Shown: positions 9,030-20,148 of the stretch, in pieces
Position numbering within the stretch: position 1 is the stretch's first letter
How the letters are laid out: the number at the start of each line of letters is the position of its first letter
Assembly (NCBI GenBank): GCA_964390745.1
Contig: CAYMIK010000001.1
Span: forward strand, 48,670-112,669
DNA length: 64,000 bases
DNA from: an uncultured Candidatus Saccharibacteria bacterium
GTDB taxonomy: Bacteria > Patescibacteriota > JAUYIX01 > CAYMIK01
Reading direction: 5' to 3'
Notes under the pieces: generated by a model
The model's database searches: none
Seen by the model: only the letters and a program-made list of their open reading frames with translations
Told to the model about the DNA's origin: nothing
Translations under genes and position numbers: made by a program

Positions 9030-10238
9030 TTGTTGTGTCAATTAATTTTAGGAATCCCTATTCGTACTATTCTCTCCTCAGCAAAAAACACCGCTTCGAA
9101 GGCTACGTCTGAAATTGCTGCCCGATTCAAACAATTTGAAATCTCATCCCTTATCCGCAAACAAAATATTGTTCCTGCCATTGTCTTCGTAACGGCTGCC
9201 ATCTTGGTAGGGTTCAATATCTCGAATGCGTCATCTGGGTCTTCTACGGTTTCTGACCGTCCAAATAGTCTTTTGTACGACTATCTTGAAAAAGATGTTG
9301 TAACCGAAAAGGCGACTGCGGACTCAGGAACAGCTTCATACCAAACAGTTGCTACGTTGGCTTCGGCCTCTTCGGCAAACATTGGTGTTGCTACTGATGT
9401 CTATGACACCTCTGACGATACTACTCCCGACATGGCTGTTTCTCTTTCGGGACAGGTACTCGACAAGCCATTGCTTGCTTCTGCTGATACTATTACGTAC
9501 CGACGAGACAAAAGTGTTACTCATACCGTTCAACCGGGTGAAACGCTTATCTCTATCGCTCGTAAGTATGACTTGAAGCTCTCAACGGTTTTGTGGGCAA
9601 ACGGATTGAACACCGGAAGTGTTGTAAAGCCTGGCCAGAAACTTTTGATCTTGCCAGTTAACGGTACGCACCATGTGGTGAAAGAATCTGATACGCTTGA
9701 TTCGTTGGCTGCAAAGTTCAAGGTGAAAAAAGAAGTTATTGCTGCCTTCAATGACCTTGCTGGTGAGCAACTTCCAAAGGCTGGTTCTGACATTGTTATC
9801 CCTGGTGGATCAGATCCTGCTTCACTCGAACCTGCTCCTGAGCCTACGCCAGTTCGTACTACAACTCGAACACGCGTTGCTGCAGCTATTGAAAATCTTG
9901 CTCCTGTCGTACGCCTTGGCGGCGGCGGTGGTGGCCATCGATTCGCATACGGTTACTGTACGTGGTATGTTGCGCAAAAGCGTTATGTTCCATGGCCAGG
10001 AAATGCAAGTGCATGGCCTGCGAACGCTCGAGCCTACGGTTACTCTGAAGGTAAGACTCCTGCTGCTGGTGCAATCTATGCTGAACCATGGCTTGCAGGT
10101 GGCGTAGGACACGTATCATACGTTGAACGCGTAAACCCAGATGGAAGCTTCTTGATCTCTGAGATGAACTATGCTGGTTGGAACAAAAAGAGTTACCGAA
10201 CCGTCTCTGCTCATCCTCCAGGAATCTTCATCTACTAA
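9030..10238 (+). CDS. Membrane-anchored peptidoglycan hydrolase with two LysM domains and a C-terminal CHAP domain
   Basis: TM anchor IVPAIVFVTAAILVGF. LysM repeats (VQPGETLISIARKYDLKLSTVLWANGL... and VVKESDTLDSLAAKFKVKKEVIAAFNDL...). CHAP motifs (YGYCTWYVAQKR..., GHVSYVERV). Start uncertain: TTG at 9030 with no in-frame ATG before the TM segment. Confidence 0.75.
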   Translation: MLCQLILGIPIRTILSSAKNTASKATSEIAARFKQFEISSLIRKQNIVPAIVFVTAAILVGFNISNASSGSSTVSDRPNSLLYDYLEKDVVTEKATADSGTASYQTVATLASASSANIGVATDVYDTSDDTTPDMAVSLSGQVLDKPLLASADTITYRRDKSVTHTVQPGETLISIARKYDLKLSTVLWANGLNTGSVVKPGQKLLILPVNGTHHVVKESDTLDSLAAKFKVKKEVIAAFNDLAGEQLPKAGSDIVIPGGSDPASLEPAPEPTPVRTTTRTRVAAAIENLAPVVRLGGGGGGHRFAYGYCTWYVAQKRYVPWPGNASAWPANARAYGYSEGKTPAAGAIYAEPWLAGGVGHVSYVERVNPDGSFLISEMNYAGWNKKSYRTVSAHPPGIFIY

Positions 10239-10286
10239 CGTATCGATACGGCGCCTCACGGCGTCACTCGACATGACAGATAGAAA

Positions 10287-10320
10287 CACTCGGCCCTCTG
10301 TGGCCGAGTGTTTTGTTTTC
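10287..10320 (+). terminator. Rho-independent terminator after LysM/CHAP gene
   Basis: CACTCGGCC-ctctg-TGGCCGAGTG followed by TTTTGTTTTC. Confidence 0.7.
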
Positions 10321-10376
10321 TGGTATAATTTACGCGTGTTTCCAACGCAATTTTTTGCGTAACAGGCAAAGAGGCT

Positions 10377-10805
10377 ATGCCAAAATCAAAAAAGAAAAAA
10401 CAACTCGAAACTGAGAACACCGAAGTGCTTACGCAGGATTCTACGGATACGAAAGAAACGAATCAAAAAGATGACGACCTGCAACTCTCAGATCAAGACA
10501 TTTCGCAGATTATGGATTTGCGCGCCAAAAAACTTGGGGTGCTTTTAGCTACCTCTACTATGCCCGACGAAGTAAAAGAGGCATGGGTGGCGCTTCTCCC
10601 TGAACTCTCATTGAGCCAGTTGGATCGACTTACTAACATCTTGGAAGCCGAGTATTTGAATAACGGAACAGCACCTATCGATGAATTCTATTCCACCAAG
10701 TGGAAAGAGGCGAAGGAAGAGTATTTTGAAGCGATTGAAAAGATCGAAGATGATGCGAGAGAGAAAGTAGCGAAGTTTCAGAATATTCAAAAAGAGTTGC
10801 ACTGA
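10377..10805 (+). CDS. Small acidic hypothetical protein (142 aa), translationally coupled to giant protein
   Basis: RBS AAAGAGG. Product is acidic and K/E/D-rich. Its stop TGA overlaps the ATG of the next gene (TGATG at 10803-10807). Confidence 0.6.
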   Translation: MPKSKKKKQLETENTEVLTQDSTDTKETNQKDDDLQLSDQDISQIMDLRAKKLGVLLATSTMPDEVKEAWVALLPELSLSQLDRLTNILEAEYLNNGTAPIDEFYSTKWKEAKEEYFEAIEKIEDDAREKVAKFQNIQKELH

Positions 10806-13800
10806 TGGGAATGTTTGAAGGCCCAAAACCACCGAAACCCAAGAAACCAGCAAAGAGTTTGTTTGGAAAAGTTTTAGGTTCGAAAAAACGTAAACAACCG
10901 ACAAGGGGTCCTGAGCTTCCTGATTCTGATCGTTTGGGTCCCGTAGAAATTTTTGATGCACAATTCGAAGCACCGGATTCGCATGAGCCGAGTTTTGAAC
11001 TTCAGAGCCGAGGAACCGAGGCTATCGTAGCAGAGTTTCGAGAGATATACGAAGAGCCGGCCGTAACTGATGTCGCAACCGAGGCCCCTGCTGCTCCAAA
11101 AGAAACACGCGAACCCGAACGAAGTGAAGAGGATAAGCGCATTGATGACGCAGTAAACTTCCTTCGTGGGAAAAAGGTGAAGATTTACAATCCCGAAAGC
11201 GGTGTCGAAGAAGAGTATGACGTTCATAGCCTTCGAGTGCGCAATGGCGTTGGCATGGTTGATGGCTCCTCCTTTGATAGCAAAAACGCATTTAGTGAGA
11301 TTCCGCTCGATTTGGTATTGGCGCAACACGGGAAGCAACCGTGGGGGCTTAAGACAATGAACGATGCTGCCAAAGAGGGACTCAAAAGATTTACGGCTGA
11401 CAAGGCGTTGTTCACTCCAGAAAACATTGCAGACATTGAAAGCTTTATGAGCGGCGAGAATACCACTGGTAGTTTGGCGCGCGAGCACATGATGCGGGCT
11501 ATTTATGATTACCTTTATCATTGTTCTGGAGAGAATGGGAGAGAGGAGCCAGAGAGGTATTTTAGTACCTTTGATGCTTCTGTTACAGAAACAGCCACAA
11601 CTCCTGACGGATCATTTGGCCATGAGGCGTTACAACCTGAACGTACTGAGGAGCAAAAAAGAATTGAGGAGACGGTTGCCTTTTTCCGAGACAAGAAGGT
11701 TAAGATTCCAAGACCAGAAAATGGCAAGGAAGATGATTTTGAAGTTGATAGCATCAAGGTGCGCAATGGTATTGGTATGGTTGTTGCTTCCAAAGAAGGG
11801 CCAAATGGCGAAAGAGTGCGTGGCGAATTTCCGCTCGATCTTGCCTTGTTGCAACACGGCGAATCTCCGTGGCGCATTGAGGCAATGAACGATGCTGCGC
11901 GTAGTGCAGTCTTGAGATTCATGGATGCAGCACCGCCAGAAATGCAAAAGGAAATTGATCGCTACTTCTTTGGTCACGAAAACCCTGCACCCGAACGTAC
12001 AGACGCGAGGCTCATTGGATCTGTTTATTTCTACGCGTATGGTGAAAATGGAGCGAATGGGAGCACGGACGTTGAAAGATCATTCGATGTTCATAGCACG
12101 GCTGCTCAAGAGGTGGGCACGGCTGCTCCTAGCCCTACAGGCGCAGAAGTTCCACCGGTCGTAGTGACAGCAACCCCAGAAAGCTCAGGAACAGAGACAC
12201 CACGAACCGAACCTTCTACGGAAACGGCCTCACCTGAATTACATACTCCACTCACTGAAGAAGAGAAAATGGTGCGATCACGAGAGGCGCTTCGGGACGC
12301 GATTTCTGAACTTCAGGGAAAACAAATTTGGGCCTACAATGTTGCCACAGGAGAATTTGAACAAAACTTTATTTTAGAGAACGGCACCGTAAACAATGGT
12401 GTTGCCATGGCGCGTGTGCGAAAGTTGGGTTCTACCGAACCCATGTCGCAACTTTCTTTGCAAAGCATGGATGAAATTTTGAGTATGAATGGTCTTCAGC
12501 CTTGGGGCATGCGATATATGTCACCGGAAGCACAGGCCGTCATAGCAGAGGCAACATGGAGAGATCACGAACACGCAGAACTCATCACTGATGTATTTTC
12601 GGGAAGAAGCGACTTTGGCCAACTCACACCAGAGCAACGCCGTGTTATTGAGCAGCTTCGAATTCAGGCGTACAGCGCTAAGCCCGGTTTTCATAATGAG
12701 AATACCGGCGCTGCTTTGCCCCAGCAACAAACAGAATCGCAACCACAACAAGAGTCGCAGCCACAACCAAAGAGCGCAGGGTCTCTTGGTAAGAGAATGA
12801 TCGAGGCATTCAAGAATCTTCCCAAGAATGTCGCTGAACGTGCAAAAAGTATTCCTCAAAATGTTATAAAGTTCTTAAAGGAAAATCCCGAGAGCATCGG
12901 CTACTCCGTTGCTGGGTTTGTTGCGTTTCGTGCTATGCACTTTGTAGGTATACAGGCCATACGCGATCTCTATCAGTATGGAAAACAAAAAGCGGTTATC
13001 GATGGGTATGCTCGTGTTTTTGAAAAAACCCGTCCGGGCATGGCACATACACTTGAGGATATGGGCCGATACTTAAATCAGCATGGAGAACAAAAGCCAA
13101 AGGGCATAAAGAAGGATGCTAACGTAACTTCGGGCCGAAACCAGCTTATTGCGAAACGGAATGAATTCGATACCAGCCCGAAGGGCGCTGAATATCGGGC
13201 ACTTCGTGAAGCAAAAAGAAACGGTGAGCTATCTCGAAAGGACGCACGGCGCCTGGAAGAACTTCACGAGGAACGTTTTCCTATGCGTGAAAGCCTGGTA
13301 TCGTTCCGTGAACAACTGGGCGTTATTAAAGGTGGCGACAAGGCTGATTCACCAGAACGTCAGCTTTTGCGAAACTATTTCAATGAAGCCACGACTCTGG
13401 AGAAGGGCCAGCTTGGTATTTTGAAGTTGCGCTCAGAAGACATCGTATCGAAGTACATGGAAACAAAGATGAGTGGTGTGCAAGCGCTACGAAGTGCCAC
13501 GACGGCAGCCATAATGACGTATGTGTACTCGCACCCACCAGTAGCAGTTTGGGCAGGAAAAGCCAGAGTTATGACGATGGGATTCTTTGATGTTTGGCAG
13601 AAACGAAACGACGAAGAACGATTCAATAAAATCCAAAACGATCTTCGATCGCAAGAGAAAGGCTACAAAAAACTACCAGAGCAATTGAATATTCAATCGG
13701 CTGTAAGCCAAGCTGCGACAAGAATATATCATGAGCTTCGCGGAAAACCAGACGCGTCAGCAGCGGAACAACAAGAGACAAAACGGGCACGTATCAAAGC

Positions 13801-16540
13801 CTTGGCAGTTGTTACAAACTACGCACTGGCTGGCGGCGCATTGCGACCATTCATACGAATGGGCTCAGAGAGCGCAAGTTGGATTTCAGAAAAGGCTTCG
13901 AATGGTATTGATCTTGTTTCTGAAAAGATTCCTGGACACCTCGATCTTCACCCTGGTCACTGGGCAGCGAAAGTAGAAGATGCTCTGCGCCTTCATGAGC
14001 ACAAAACGGCCATTGATGCTGGTACGACCGGGGATGTTTCCAAATCTGTAGAGTCAGCGAAAAAAGCTCTTGATGCGGCTGCGGCTGTAGGCGCACAAAA
14101 ACCTGATGCAGAAATTTTGAAACATCTCGCGGAACAAGCACCGCAAGACACAAATGTACGACTCGAAGCGCCCCTAGTAGGTCTCGACGCAAAGAGCGGT
14201 GTAACCCCAGAAGACATTTCGCAAACACTTGAAAAACTCAAGGTTTCTCAAGATGATCTTTCTCGTCTAGTAAAGATTGAACTAGCCGGGAACCCATCGT
14301 TGCATAATGCCCATGAGGCACTTCAAGTTTTGCGTGAAGCGAAGCCTGCCGAGATTGAACAGTTCAAAGAAATCATGGGAAATCGTGACATCGCTCATGA
14401 TGTCGTAATTGAAACACAGGCGCGATTCAGAGATCAGGCTGCAGCGCTCGAAAAAGTATTAGGCAAAGATTCTCCAGCTGTTCAGGCAATTATGGCACAA
14501 AACAATGATCGACTCTCTGACGTTCTCACGGCACAGGCTGGTGGAGGCAAACACACCGAAGCAGATGTTGAGCGAGCCTTCCGCGTTGCCTTCGGAGAAA
14601 ATCCAACGCTTCATATCACTGATACTCACGTCCTTGGAACGATGATTCAGAACAGTCCAGAAGTGCAAACATTCTATTCCGCGCATGAAAACGTTCCGAT
14701 TAATGCACGAAATATTGTCGCTGTTGTAGAAGGAAAGGGGAATCAAGTCTTGCAAGCTATGAACAAACATGTAGATGCGGAATTGTTTGATAATCTTGCA
14801 GCCAACGCTCGCCCTAATGCCCTCATGAATGTGCCTGTTGCTTCTGGTGCCGCTGAGGATGCCATTCGTCAGGCAGCAGAGATTAAAACTCAGATGGCAG
14901 AAATCACGGGTGGAACTGTTGCGGACGTTGATAACTTGATGCATCGCGTTGGCGCACAAACAAACGAAGGACTCTTTGCAGTGATTCGTCGCGTGCAGCT
15001 TGATCGTCATTTGGAAGATCCGCAGCAAGCTCTTCGAATGTTGGCGCACATGAACGATCAACAACTTGGCCCCTATGCGGAAGTTGGAAGAGAGCAAGGC
15101 ACGCTCCGTCCACTCTCTGCAGCTGAACTGAACACCGTTGGTCAGCCGGTGCCACAGAGCGTTGCTGAAACGGTTGGCTCCGAGGCAGCACCAGAATCAA
15201 CACCAGAACCTGATGGCGAACCAGGCTCAGCAGGAGTTACGTACCCAGACCAGCCAGGAAGATTGGGCTCCTATTCTCAGAGTGAAGAAAATTTCCTTCG
15301 CAACTCCGGTGCCTTGAAACCAGAAGATGGCCCGGCACCATTTGATCAAACACAACGCCAAATGGATTATCTGCGCAATGCACCACGCCCTGATCAGCAG
15401 AATTATTTGCGAAATGCGCCACAAGGTTCATCCCGCCCACTCGTTCGTGAACCAATCATGAAACAAAGCGAGGGTGCACGGATGACCCACCCAGCCTGGG
15501 AGCCTGGCCAGCATGGAATCCGAAATCCTGAACGCGTCCCTTCGGCTCTTCAGGTTCATGAAGTTCCGGGTCAACCATCGCATATCGACGTTGCGCCTCC
15601 ACCTGGCCTGCACGTTGAACAAGTTCCTGATAGCGAAATTTGGATCAGCAAGGGAGAACTTGCGCCTATTACCGATGAAAAACTGAATGAGCTGCGTGAA
15701 AACTATTTGAAATTGCCACTCGAAGATCGCCAGAAGGCTGAAAATTGGGCGAATGTTGCTGCGCGATACCATCTCCGTCCTGGTGTTTTACGCGACATAA
15801 CAAACCCGATTGATGGACGCCTTCGTGTAACGATGGATACAAATGGTGATATAGAAATTCAGGATAGATTTGGCAGCCATCCGTACCGAGCTCCGAGAAA
15901 CGTAGCAGCTGACCCGTATTTCCAACAAGCTTTTGAAAAACCAGTCGAAGAAACCTATCGATCGGCCTATATCTCAACAAGGGGCAAACTGACTGAAGGT
16001 GAAACCACGACAACGGATTACGGTGGCGACAAGCAAACCGTTCATCTTGATGAAGACGGCACCTACACGAGAATAAGTCCTCGAGGCACAGAGATCTGGC
16101 CTGATCCGGACAATGAAAACCCAATGCAGCCAAGTACGATTCCATTTTCACAAACGGCACCGCAGGAACAACCGCAAAATCAAATGGGGTCACAAGACCA
16201 AATGCCACCTCGCGCACGATCTGGTGAACGCCAGCCAATCTTCAAGGAAGGTTCGCGAGGTTCATACGGAAACCAGGGTTATGGCGGTGGCGGAAATGGC
16301 GGTGAACGCCAACCCATCATGAAAAACGGCTCACAAGGTTATGGGGGTTATAGTGGTGAACGCCAACCCATTATCAAGAACGGCTCGCAGGGCTATGGCG
16401 GAAATAGTGGTGGACGTGGCTACAATAGTGGAGAGCGCGAGCCTGTTCCTCCTGTCTGGCAGCAGCATCCACGAGGCATTGTTCCTCGCGGGGGATCTGG
16501 GAGACGAGGGGATGCCCCAAGTATCAACATAAATCTGTAA
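10805..16540 (+). CDS. Giant hypothetical protein (1911 aa) with three tandem ~150-aa internal repeats and a G/Q/Y-rich C-terminal repeat tail
   Basis: Single uninterrupted ORF. Three divergent copies of one domain, approximately nt 11100-11570, 11600-12065 and 12245-12665 (shared pattern KRI(D/E)..V.F.R.KKVKI..PE.G.E...V.S..VRNG.GMV, then ...PLDL.L.QHG..PW....MNDAA). C-terminus has GERQPI(M/F/I)K(N/E)GS.GYGG repeats at about 16210-16440. Confidence 0.75.
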   Translation: MGMFEGPKPPKPKKPAKSLFGKVLGSKKRKQPTRGPELPDSDRLGPVEIFDAQFEAPDSHEPSFELQSRGTEAIVAEFREIYEEPAVTDVATEAPAAPKETREPERSEEDKRIDDAVNFLRGKKVKIYNPESGVEEEYDVHSLRVRNGVGMVDGSSFDSKNAFSEIPLDLVLAQHGKQPWGLKTMNDAAKEGLKRFTADKALFTPENIADIESFMSGENTTGSLAREHMMRAIYDYLYHCSGENGREEPERYFSTFDASVTETATTPDGSFGHEALQPERTEEQKRIEETVAFFRDKKVKIPRPENGKEDDFEVDSIKVRNGIGMVVASKEGPNGERVRGEFPLDLALLQHGESPWRIEAMNDAARSAVLRFMDAAPPEMQKEIDRYFFGHENPAPERTDARLIGSVYFYAYGENGANGSTDVERSFDVHSTAAQEVGTAAPSPTGAEVPPVVVTATPESSGTETPRTEPSTETASPELHTPLTEEEKMVRSREALRDAISELQGKQIWAYNVATGEFEQNFILENGTVNNGVAMARVRKLGSTEPMSQLSLQSMDEILSMNGLQPWGMRYMSPEAQAVIAEATWRDHEHAELITDVFSGRSDFGQLTPEQRRVIEQLRIQAYSAKPGFHNENTGAALPQQQTESQPQQESQPQPKSAGSLGKRMIEAFKNLPKNVAERAKSIPQNVIKFLKENPESIGYSVAGFVAFRAMHFVGIQAIRDLYQYGKQKAVIDGYARVFEKTRPGMAHTLEDMGRYLNQHGEQKPKGIKKDANVTSGRNQLIAKRNEFDTSPKGAEYRALREAKRNGELSRKDARRLEELHEERFPMRESLVSFREQLGVIKGGDKADSPERQLLRNYFNEATTLEKGQLGILKLRSEDIVSKYMETKMSGVQALRSATTAAIMTYVYSHPPVAVWAGKARVMTMGFFDVWQKRNDEERFNKIQNDLRSQEKGYKKLPEQLNIQSAVSQAATRIYHELRGKPDASAAEQQETKRARIKALAVVTNYALAGGALRPFIRMGSESASWISEKASNGIDLVSEKIPGHLDLHPGHWAAKVEDALRLHEHKTAIDAGTTGDVSKSVESAKKALDAAAAVGAQKPDAEILKHLAEQAPQDTNVRLEAPLVGLDAKSGVTPEDISQTLEKLKVSQDDLSRLVKIELAGNPSLHNAHEALQVLREAKPAEIEQFKEIMGNRDIAHDVVIETQARFRDQAAALEKVLGKDSPAVQAIMAQNNDRLSDVLTAQAGGGKHTEADVERAFRVAFGENPTLHITDTHVLGTMIQNSPEVQTFYSAHENVPINARNIVAVVEGKGNQVLQAMNKHVDAELFDNLAANARPNALMNVPVASGAAEDAIRQAAEIKTQMAEITGGTVADVDNLMHRVGAQTNEGLFAVIRRVQLDRHLEDPQQALRMLAHMNDQQLGPYAEVGREQGTLRPLSAAELNTVGQPVPQSVAETVGSEAAPESTPEPDGEPGSAGVTYPDQPGRLGSYSQSEENFLRNSGALKPEDGPAPFDQTQRQMDYLRNAPRPDQQNYLRNAPQGSSRPLVREPIMKQSEGARMTHPAWEPGQHGIRNPERVPSALQVHEVPGQPSHIDVAPPPGLHVEQVPDSEIWISKGELAPITDEKLNELRENYLKLPLEDRQKAENWANVAARYHLRPGVLRDITNPIDGRLRVTMDTNGDIEIQDRFGSHPYRAPRNVAADPYFQQAFEKPVEETYRSAYISTRGKLTEGETTTTDYGGDKQTVHLDEDGTYTRISPRGTEIWPDPDNENPMQPSTIPFSQTAPQEQPQNQMGSQDQMPPRARSGERQPIFKEGSRGSYGNQGYGGGGNGGERQPIMKNGSQGYGGYSGERQPIIKNGSQGYGGNSGGRGYNSGEREPVPPVWQQHPRGIVPRGGSGRRGDAPSININL

Positions 16541-16596
16541 TTTCCCTTAATAAAGCGGAAAAGTCGCCACACCGCGAGAATTGTGGAAAACTGCCC

Positions 16597-16636
16597 TTGA
16601 CAAATCCTTGACAATATATCAGAGACTGGTATACTA
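16597..16636 (+). promoter_or_regulatory. Sigma70-like promoter upstream of rpoB (tandem TTGACA boxes, then TATACT)
   Basis: cccTTGACAaatccTTGACAatatatcagagactggTATACT. About 75-nt leader to rpoB; RBS AAAAAAGGAG before the ATG at 16714. Confidence 0.5.
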
Positions 16637-16713
16637 ACTCCATGCAAGTTTTTTGTGTTATCTAGGCCTCAAAAGCCATTTTTTAGCTCATTTCAAAAAA
16701 GGAGCCTCTTTTT

Positions 16714-19700
16714 ATGTCCAAAAACGTGACCGTTAGCGCAGAGCATCTGCGTAAGTTTTTCACCAAAAATCATGCGGCTGCACCCCTTCCAGCGCTGATC
16801 GAAAACCAAATCACATCATATAACTGGTTCATTAAAGAAGGTTTGCGAGAACTTTTCGACGAAATTACCCCAATTGTGGGTTATACCGGAAAGGACTACG
16901 AACTCCACTTCTTGGATTACTACCTCGACGAACCTAAGTTCGAAGAAACCGTAGCCAAAGAGCGAAACACTACCTACGAGGCTCCGCTTCGCGTACAGGT
17001 TCGCTTGATTAACAAGAAAACCGGCGAAATCAAAGACCAAGAAATTTTCTTGGGCGATTTTCCACTTATGACCGAACGCGGAACGTTCATCGTGAACGGT
17101 GTTGAACGCGTTATTGTATCGCAGCTTATCCGATCTGCTGGTGTGTTCTTTACGGCTGAACATGTTCGCGGTGAAAAGATGTTTGGTGCCAAGGTTATTC
17201 CAAACCGTGGTGCGTGGCTTGAATTTGAAATGGACCAAAACGGCGTTATCTATGTAAAGATCGACCGAAAACGAAAAGTTGCCGCTACTTCATTGTTGCG
17301 CGCCTTTGGTTATGGAAGCGACGAAGAAATTCTTGAACTCTTCAAAGATGTAGACACCAACCCACAACGCCAATTTATTACCAAAACCCTGAAGAAAGAC
17401 TCCGCAAAGACCGAAGAAGAAGGCTTGAAGGAAGTCTACAAGCGTATTCGACCAGGCGATTTGGCAACAGCTGATAACGCACGTTCGATGATTGAATCGA
17501 TGTTCTTTGAGTTCGACCGCTACGACTTCGGTCGTGTTGGTCGATTTATGATCAACCGCAGATTGGGAATCGATGTTGCCAACACCAAAGAAAACCGAGT
17601 GTTGCGACGCGAAGATATTGTATTGATCTTGAAACAAATCATTAAGCTCACTAACGAACAAGGTGAAGCAGACGACATTGACCACTTAGGAAACCGACGA
17701 ATCCGTTCCGTAGGTGAATTGATTCAGAACAAGTTCCGAATTGGTTTGGCACGTATGCAACGAATCGTTGTTGACCGAATGTCTACATTGGATATGGACG
17801 CCGTTGCGCCATCTCAGTTGGTAAACGCACGACCAGTGATTGCTGCTGTAAAGGAATTCTTCACCAACTCACAGTTGTCACAGTTCATGGATCAAACCAA
17901 CCCACTCGCTGAGTTGGAACACAAGCGACGCCTTTCGGCCATGGGACCTGGTGGATTAAGCCGTGAACGCGCAGGATTTGATGTTCGTGACGTGCACCGA
18001 TCTCACTACGGACGCATTTGTCCTATTGCTACCCCAGAAGGTCCAAACATTGGTTTGGTGGGACACTTGTCTTCATTTGCAAAGATTAATGACTACGGAT
18101 TTATCGAAACACCTTTTTCAAAGGTTGTGAAAGCTTTGCCGAACAAGGCCGACAAGACCGAAGGCCGCATTGCATCGGAAGATATTAAGGGCATTGTAAA
18201 AGCTGGTGAAAAGATCACTGAAGCTGCTGCCAAGAAACTCGAAAAAGAAAAAGATTTGGAAGTAATTCCTGTGAAGCCTTTTGTTTCGAGCGAAGTTGTT
18301 CACTTGAACGCCTTTGAAGAAGGGGAATCTATTACCACTCCTGCAACAACACCTATTGATTCTGAAGGATACTTTGTTGATGCGATGATCCCAGCACGTG
18401 TAAAAGGTGAACCGGGACTCGTTGAAGCAGAGCGCGTTGACTATGTTGACGTTGCTGCAAACCAGATCGTTTCTATCTCAACCTCACTTATTCCTTTCTT
18501 GGAACACGACGACGCAAACCGAGCCTTGATGGGTTCGAACATGCAACGCCAGGCTGTTTCTACGCTTGTTCCTCACTCTCCAGTGGTTGGAACCGGTGTT
18601 GAAGGACGAGCTGCTCGAGACTCAGGACAAGTAGTTGTTTCGAAGCATGCTGGTAAGGTTGTAAAAGTTGATTCTGCTCAGATCGTTATTCAGGATGAAA
18701 AGAAAAACCTCCACGAATATCACTTGCGCGTGTTTGATCGATCCAACACTTCAACTTGTATCAATCAGCGACCAATCGTCAATATTGATCAAGAAGTTGA
18801 AGTTGGCGACGTACTTGCTGACGGTGCTTCTACCCAAGACGGAGAATTGGCACTCGGACAGAACATCTTGGTTGCCTACATGGGCTTTGGTGGTGGAAAC
18901 TACGAAGACGCTATCTTGATTTCTGAACGATTGGTTCAGCGAGATGTCTTTAGCTCGATCCACATCGAAGATTATTCTATTGATGTTCGTGATACCAAAC
19001 TTGGACCTGAAGTTGTTACCCGAGATATTCCAAACGTTGGTGAAGAAAAATTGAAAGATCTTACCGAAGAAGGAATTATCCGAATCGGTGCTGAAGTAAA
19101 ATCTGGTGATATCCTTGTTGGAAAGATTACTCCAAAGGGTGAAACAGACTTAACGGCTGAAGAGCGACTCTTGAAGGCAATCTTCGGCGAACAAGCTCGC
19201 GACGTAAAGGATACTTCACTCTATTTGCCTCACGGTGAATATGGAAAAGTTGTTGATGTAAAAATCTTCTCACGAGAAACCGGAGACAAGTTGCCAACCG
19301 GAGTTACAAAGACCATTCAGGTTTCTATTGCTCGTATCCGAAGAATCCAAGTAGGCGACAAGCTTGCTGGACGCCACGGTAACAAGGGTGTTATCTCTCG
19401 AGTTATGGCCGTTGAAGATATGCCACACATGGCTGACGGAACCCCAATCGACTTAATCTTGAACCCACTCGGTGTTGCAAGCCGTATGAACGTAGGACAG
19501 ATTTTAGAATGTGTTCTTGGTTTCGCCGCACACAAACTTGGATACAAAGTTGCTACCCCAGTTTTGGACGGTGTTCCTGAAGATGTTATCAAGGGCGAAC
19601 TTACCAAGGCTGGCTTGCCAACTGATGGAAAGATTCAGCTCTACGATGGCCGAACTGGTGAAGCATTCGACAACAAGACAACCGTTGGAATTTCGTACAT

Positions 19701-20148
19701 CTTGAAACTTCACCACTTGGTTGATGAAAAGATGCACCAACGATCCATTGGACCCTACTCACTTGTTACCCAGCAACCTCTTGGTGGTAAGGCACAATTT
19801 GGTGGTCAGCGATTTGGTGAAATGGAAGTTTGGGCACTCGAAGCGTACGGATCAGTTCACACCTTGCAAGAAATTTTGACGATCAAGTCTGACGACGTGG
19901 TTGGTCGCTCAAAGACCTATGAATCGATTGTGAAGGGTGAGCCTATTAAGAAGCCAAACATCCCAGAATCATTCAACGTATTAGTACGTGAATTGAAGGG
20001 CTTGGGATTGAACGTTGAATTGCTTGGTTATGAAGAAGAACAGCCAGATGAAGATGCTCCGAAAGCAGTAGCAGAAGCGAAGCCAGAAGCAAGTGAAGTC
20101 AAAGAAGAGACATCTTCCGAAGTTGTAACCAAAGAGGAGACAAAATAA
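16714..20148 (+). CDS. rpoB: DNA-directed RNA polymerase subunit beta
   Basis: 1144 aa with conserved RpoB blocks ([17 protein letters not shown]..., [25 protein letters not shown]). Confidence 0.95.
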   Translation: MSKNVTVSAEHLRKFFTKNHAAAPLPALIENQITSYNWFIKEGLRELFDEITPIVGYTGKDYELHFLDYYLDEPKFEETVAKERNTTYEAPLRVQVRLINKKTGEIKDQEIFLGDFPLMTERGTFIVNGVERVIVSQLIRSAGVFFTAEHVRGEKMFGAKVIPNRGAWLEFEMDQNGVIYVKIDRKRKVAATSLLRAFGYGSDEEILELFKDVDTNPQRQFITKTLKKDSAKTEEEGLKEVYKRIRPGDLATADNARSMIESMFFEFDRYDFGRVGRFMINRRLGIDVANTKENRVLRREDIVLILKQIIKLTNEQGEADDIDHLGNRRIRSVGELIQNKFRIGLARMQRIVVDRMSTLDMDAVAPSQLVNARPVIAAVKEFFTNSQLSQFMDQTNPLAELEHKRRLSAMGPGGLSRERAGFDVRDVHRSHYGRICPIATPEGPNIGLVGHLSSFAKINDYGFIETPFSKVVKALPNKADKTEGRIASEDIKGIVKAGEKITEAAAKKLEKEKDLEVIPVKPFVSSEVVHLNAFEEGESITTPATTPIDSEGYFVDAMIPARVKGEPGLVEAERVDYVDVAANQIVSISTSLIPFLEHDDANRALMGSNMQRQAVSTLVPHSPVVGTGVEGRAARDSGQVVVSKHAGKVVKVDSAQIVIQDEKKNLHEYHLRVFDRSNTSTCINQRPIVNIDQEVEVGDVLADGASTQDGELALGQNILVAYMGFGGGNYEDAILISERLVQRDVFSSIHIEDYSIDVRDTKLGPEVVTRDIPNVGEEKLKDLTEEGIIRIGAEVKSGDILVGKITPKGETDLTAEERLLKAIFGEQARDVKDTSLYLPHGEYGKVVDVKIFSRETGDKLPTGVTKTIQVSIARIRRIQVGDKLAGRHGNKGVISRVMAVEDMPHMADGTPIDLILNPLGVASRMNVGQILECVLGFAAHKLGYKVATPVLDGVPEDVIKGELTKAGLPTDGKIQLYDGRTGEAFDNKTTVGISYILKLHHLVDEKMHQRSIGPYSLVTQQPLGGKAQFGGQRFGEMEVWALEAYGSVHTLQEILTIKSDDVVGRSKTYESIVKGEPIKKPNIPESFNVLVRELKGLGLNVELLGYEEEQPDEDAPKAVAEAKPEASEVKEETSSEVVTKEETK

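Noticed and set aside
14459-15097. 212-aa minus-strand ORF inside the giant protein gene, and similar antisense ORFs (e.g. 20250-21026 and 22019-22486 inside rpoC; 33110-34060 antisense to ftsK/HExxH; 5523-6170 antisense to murE; 58353-63939 minus-strand ORFs inside the beta-helix giant)
   Set aside because: Embedded antisense to long, well-supported or strongly conserved genes. Low-complexity or Cys/Phe-rich translations without RBSs. Typical shadow ORFs.
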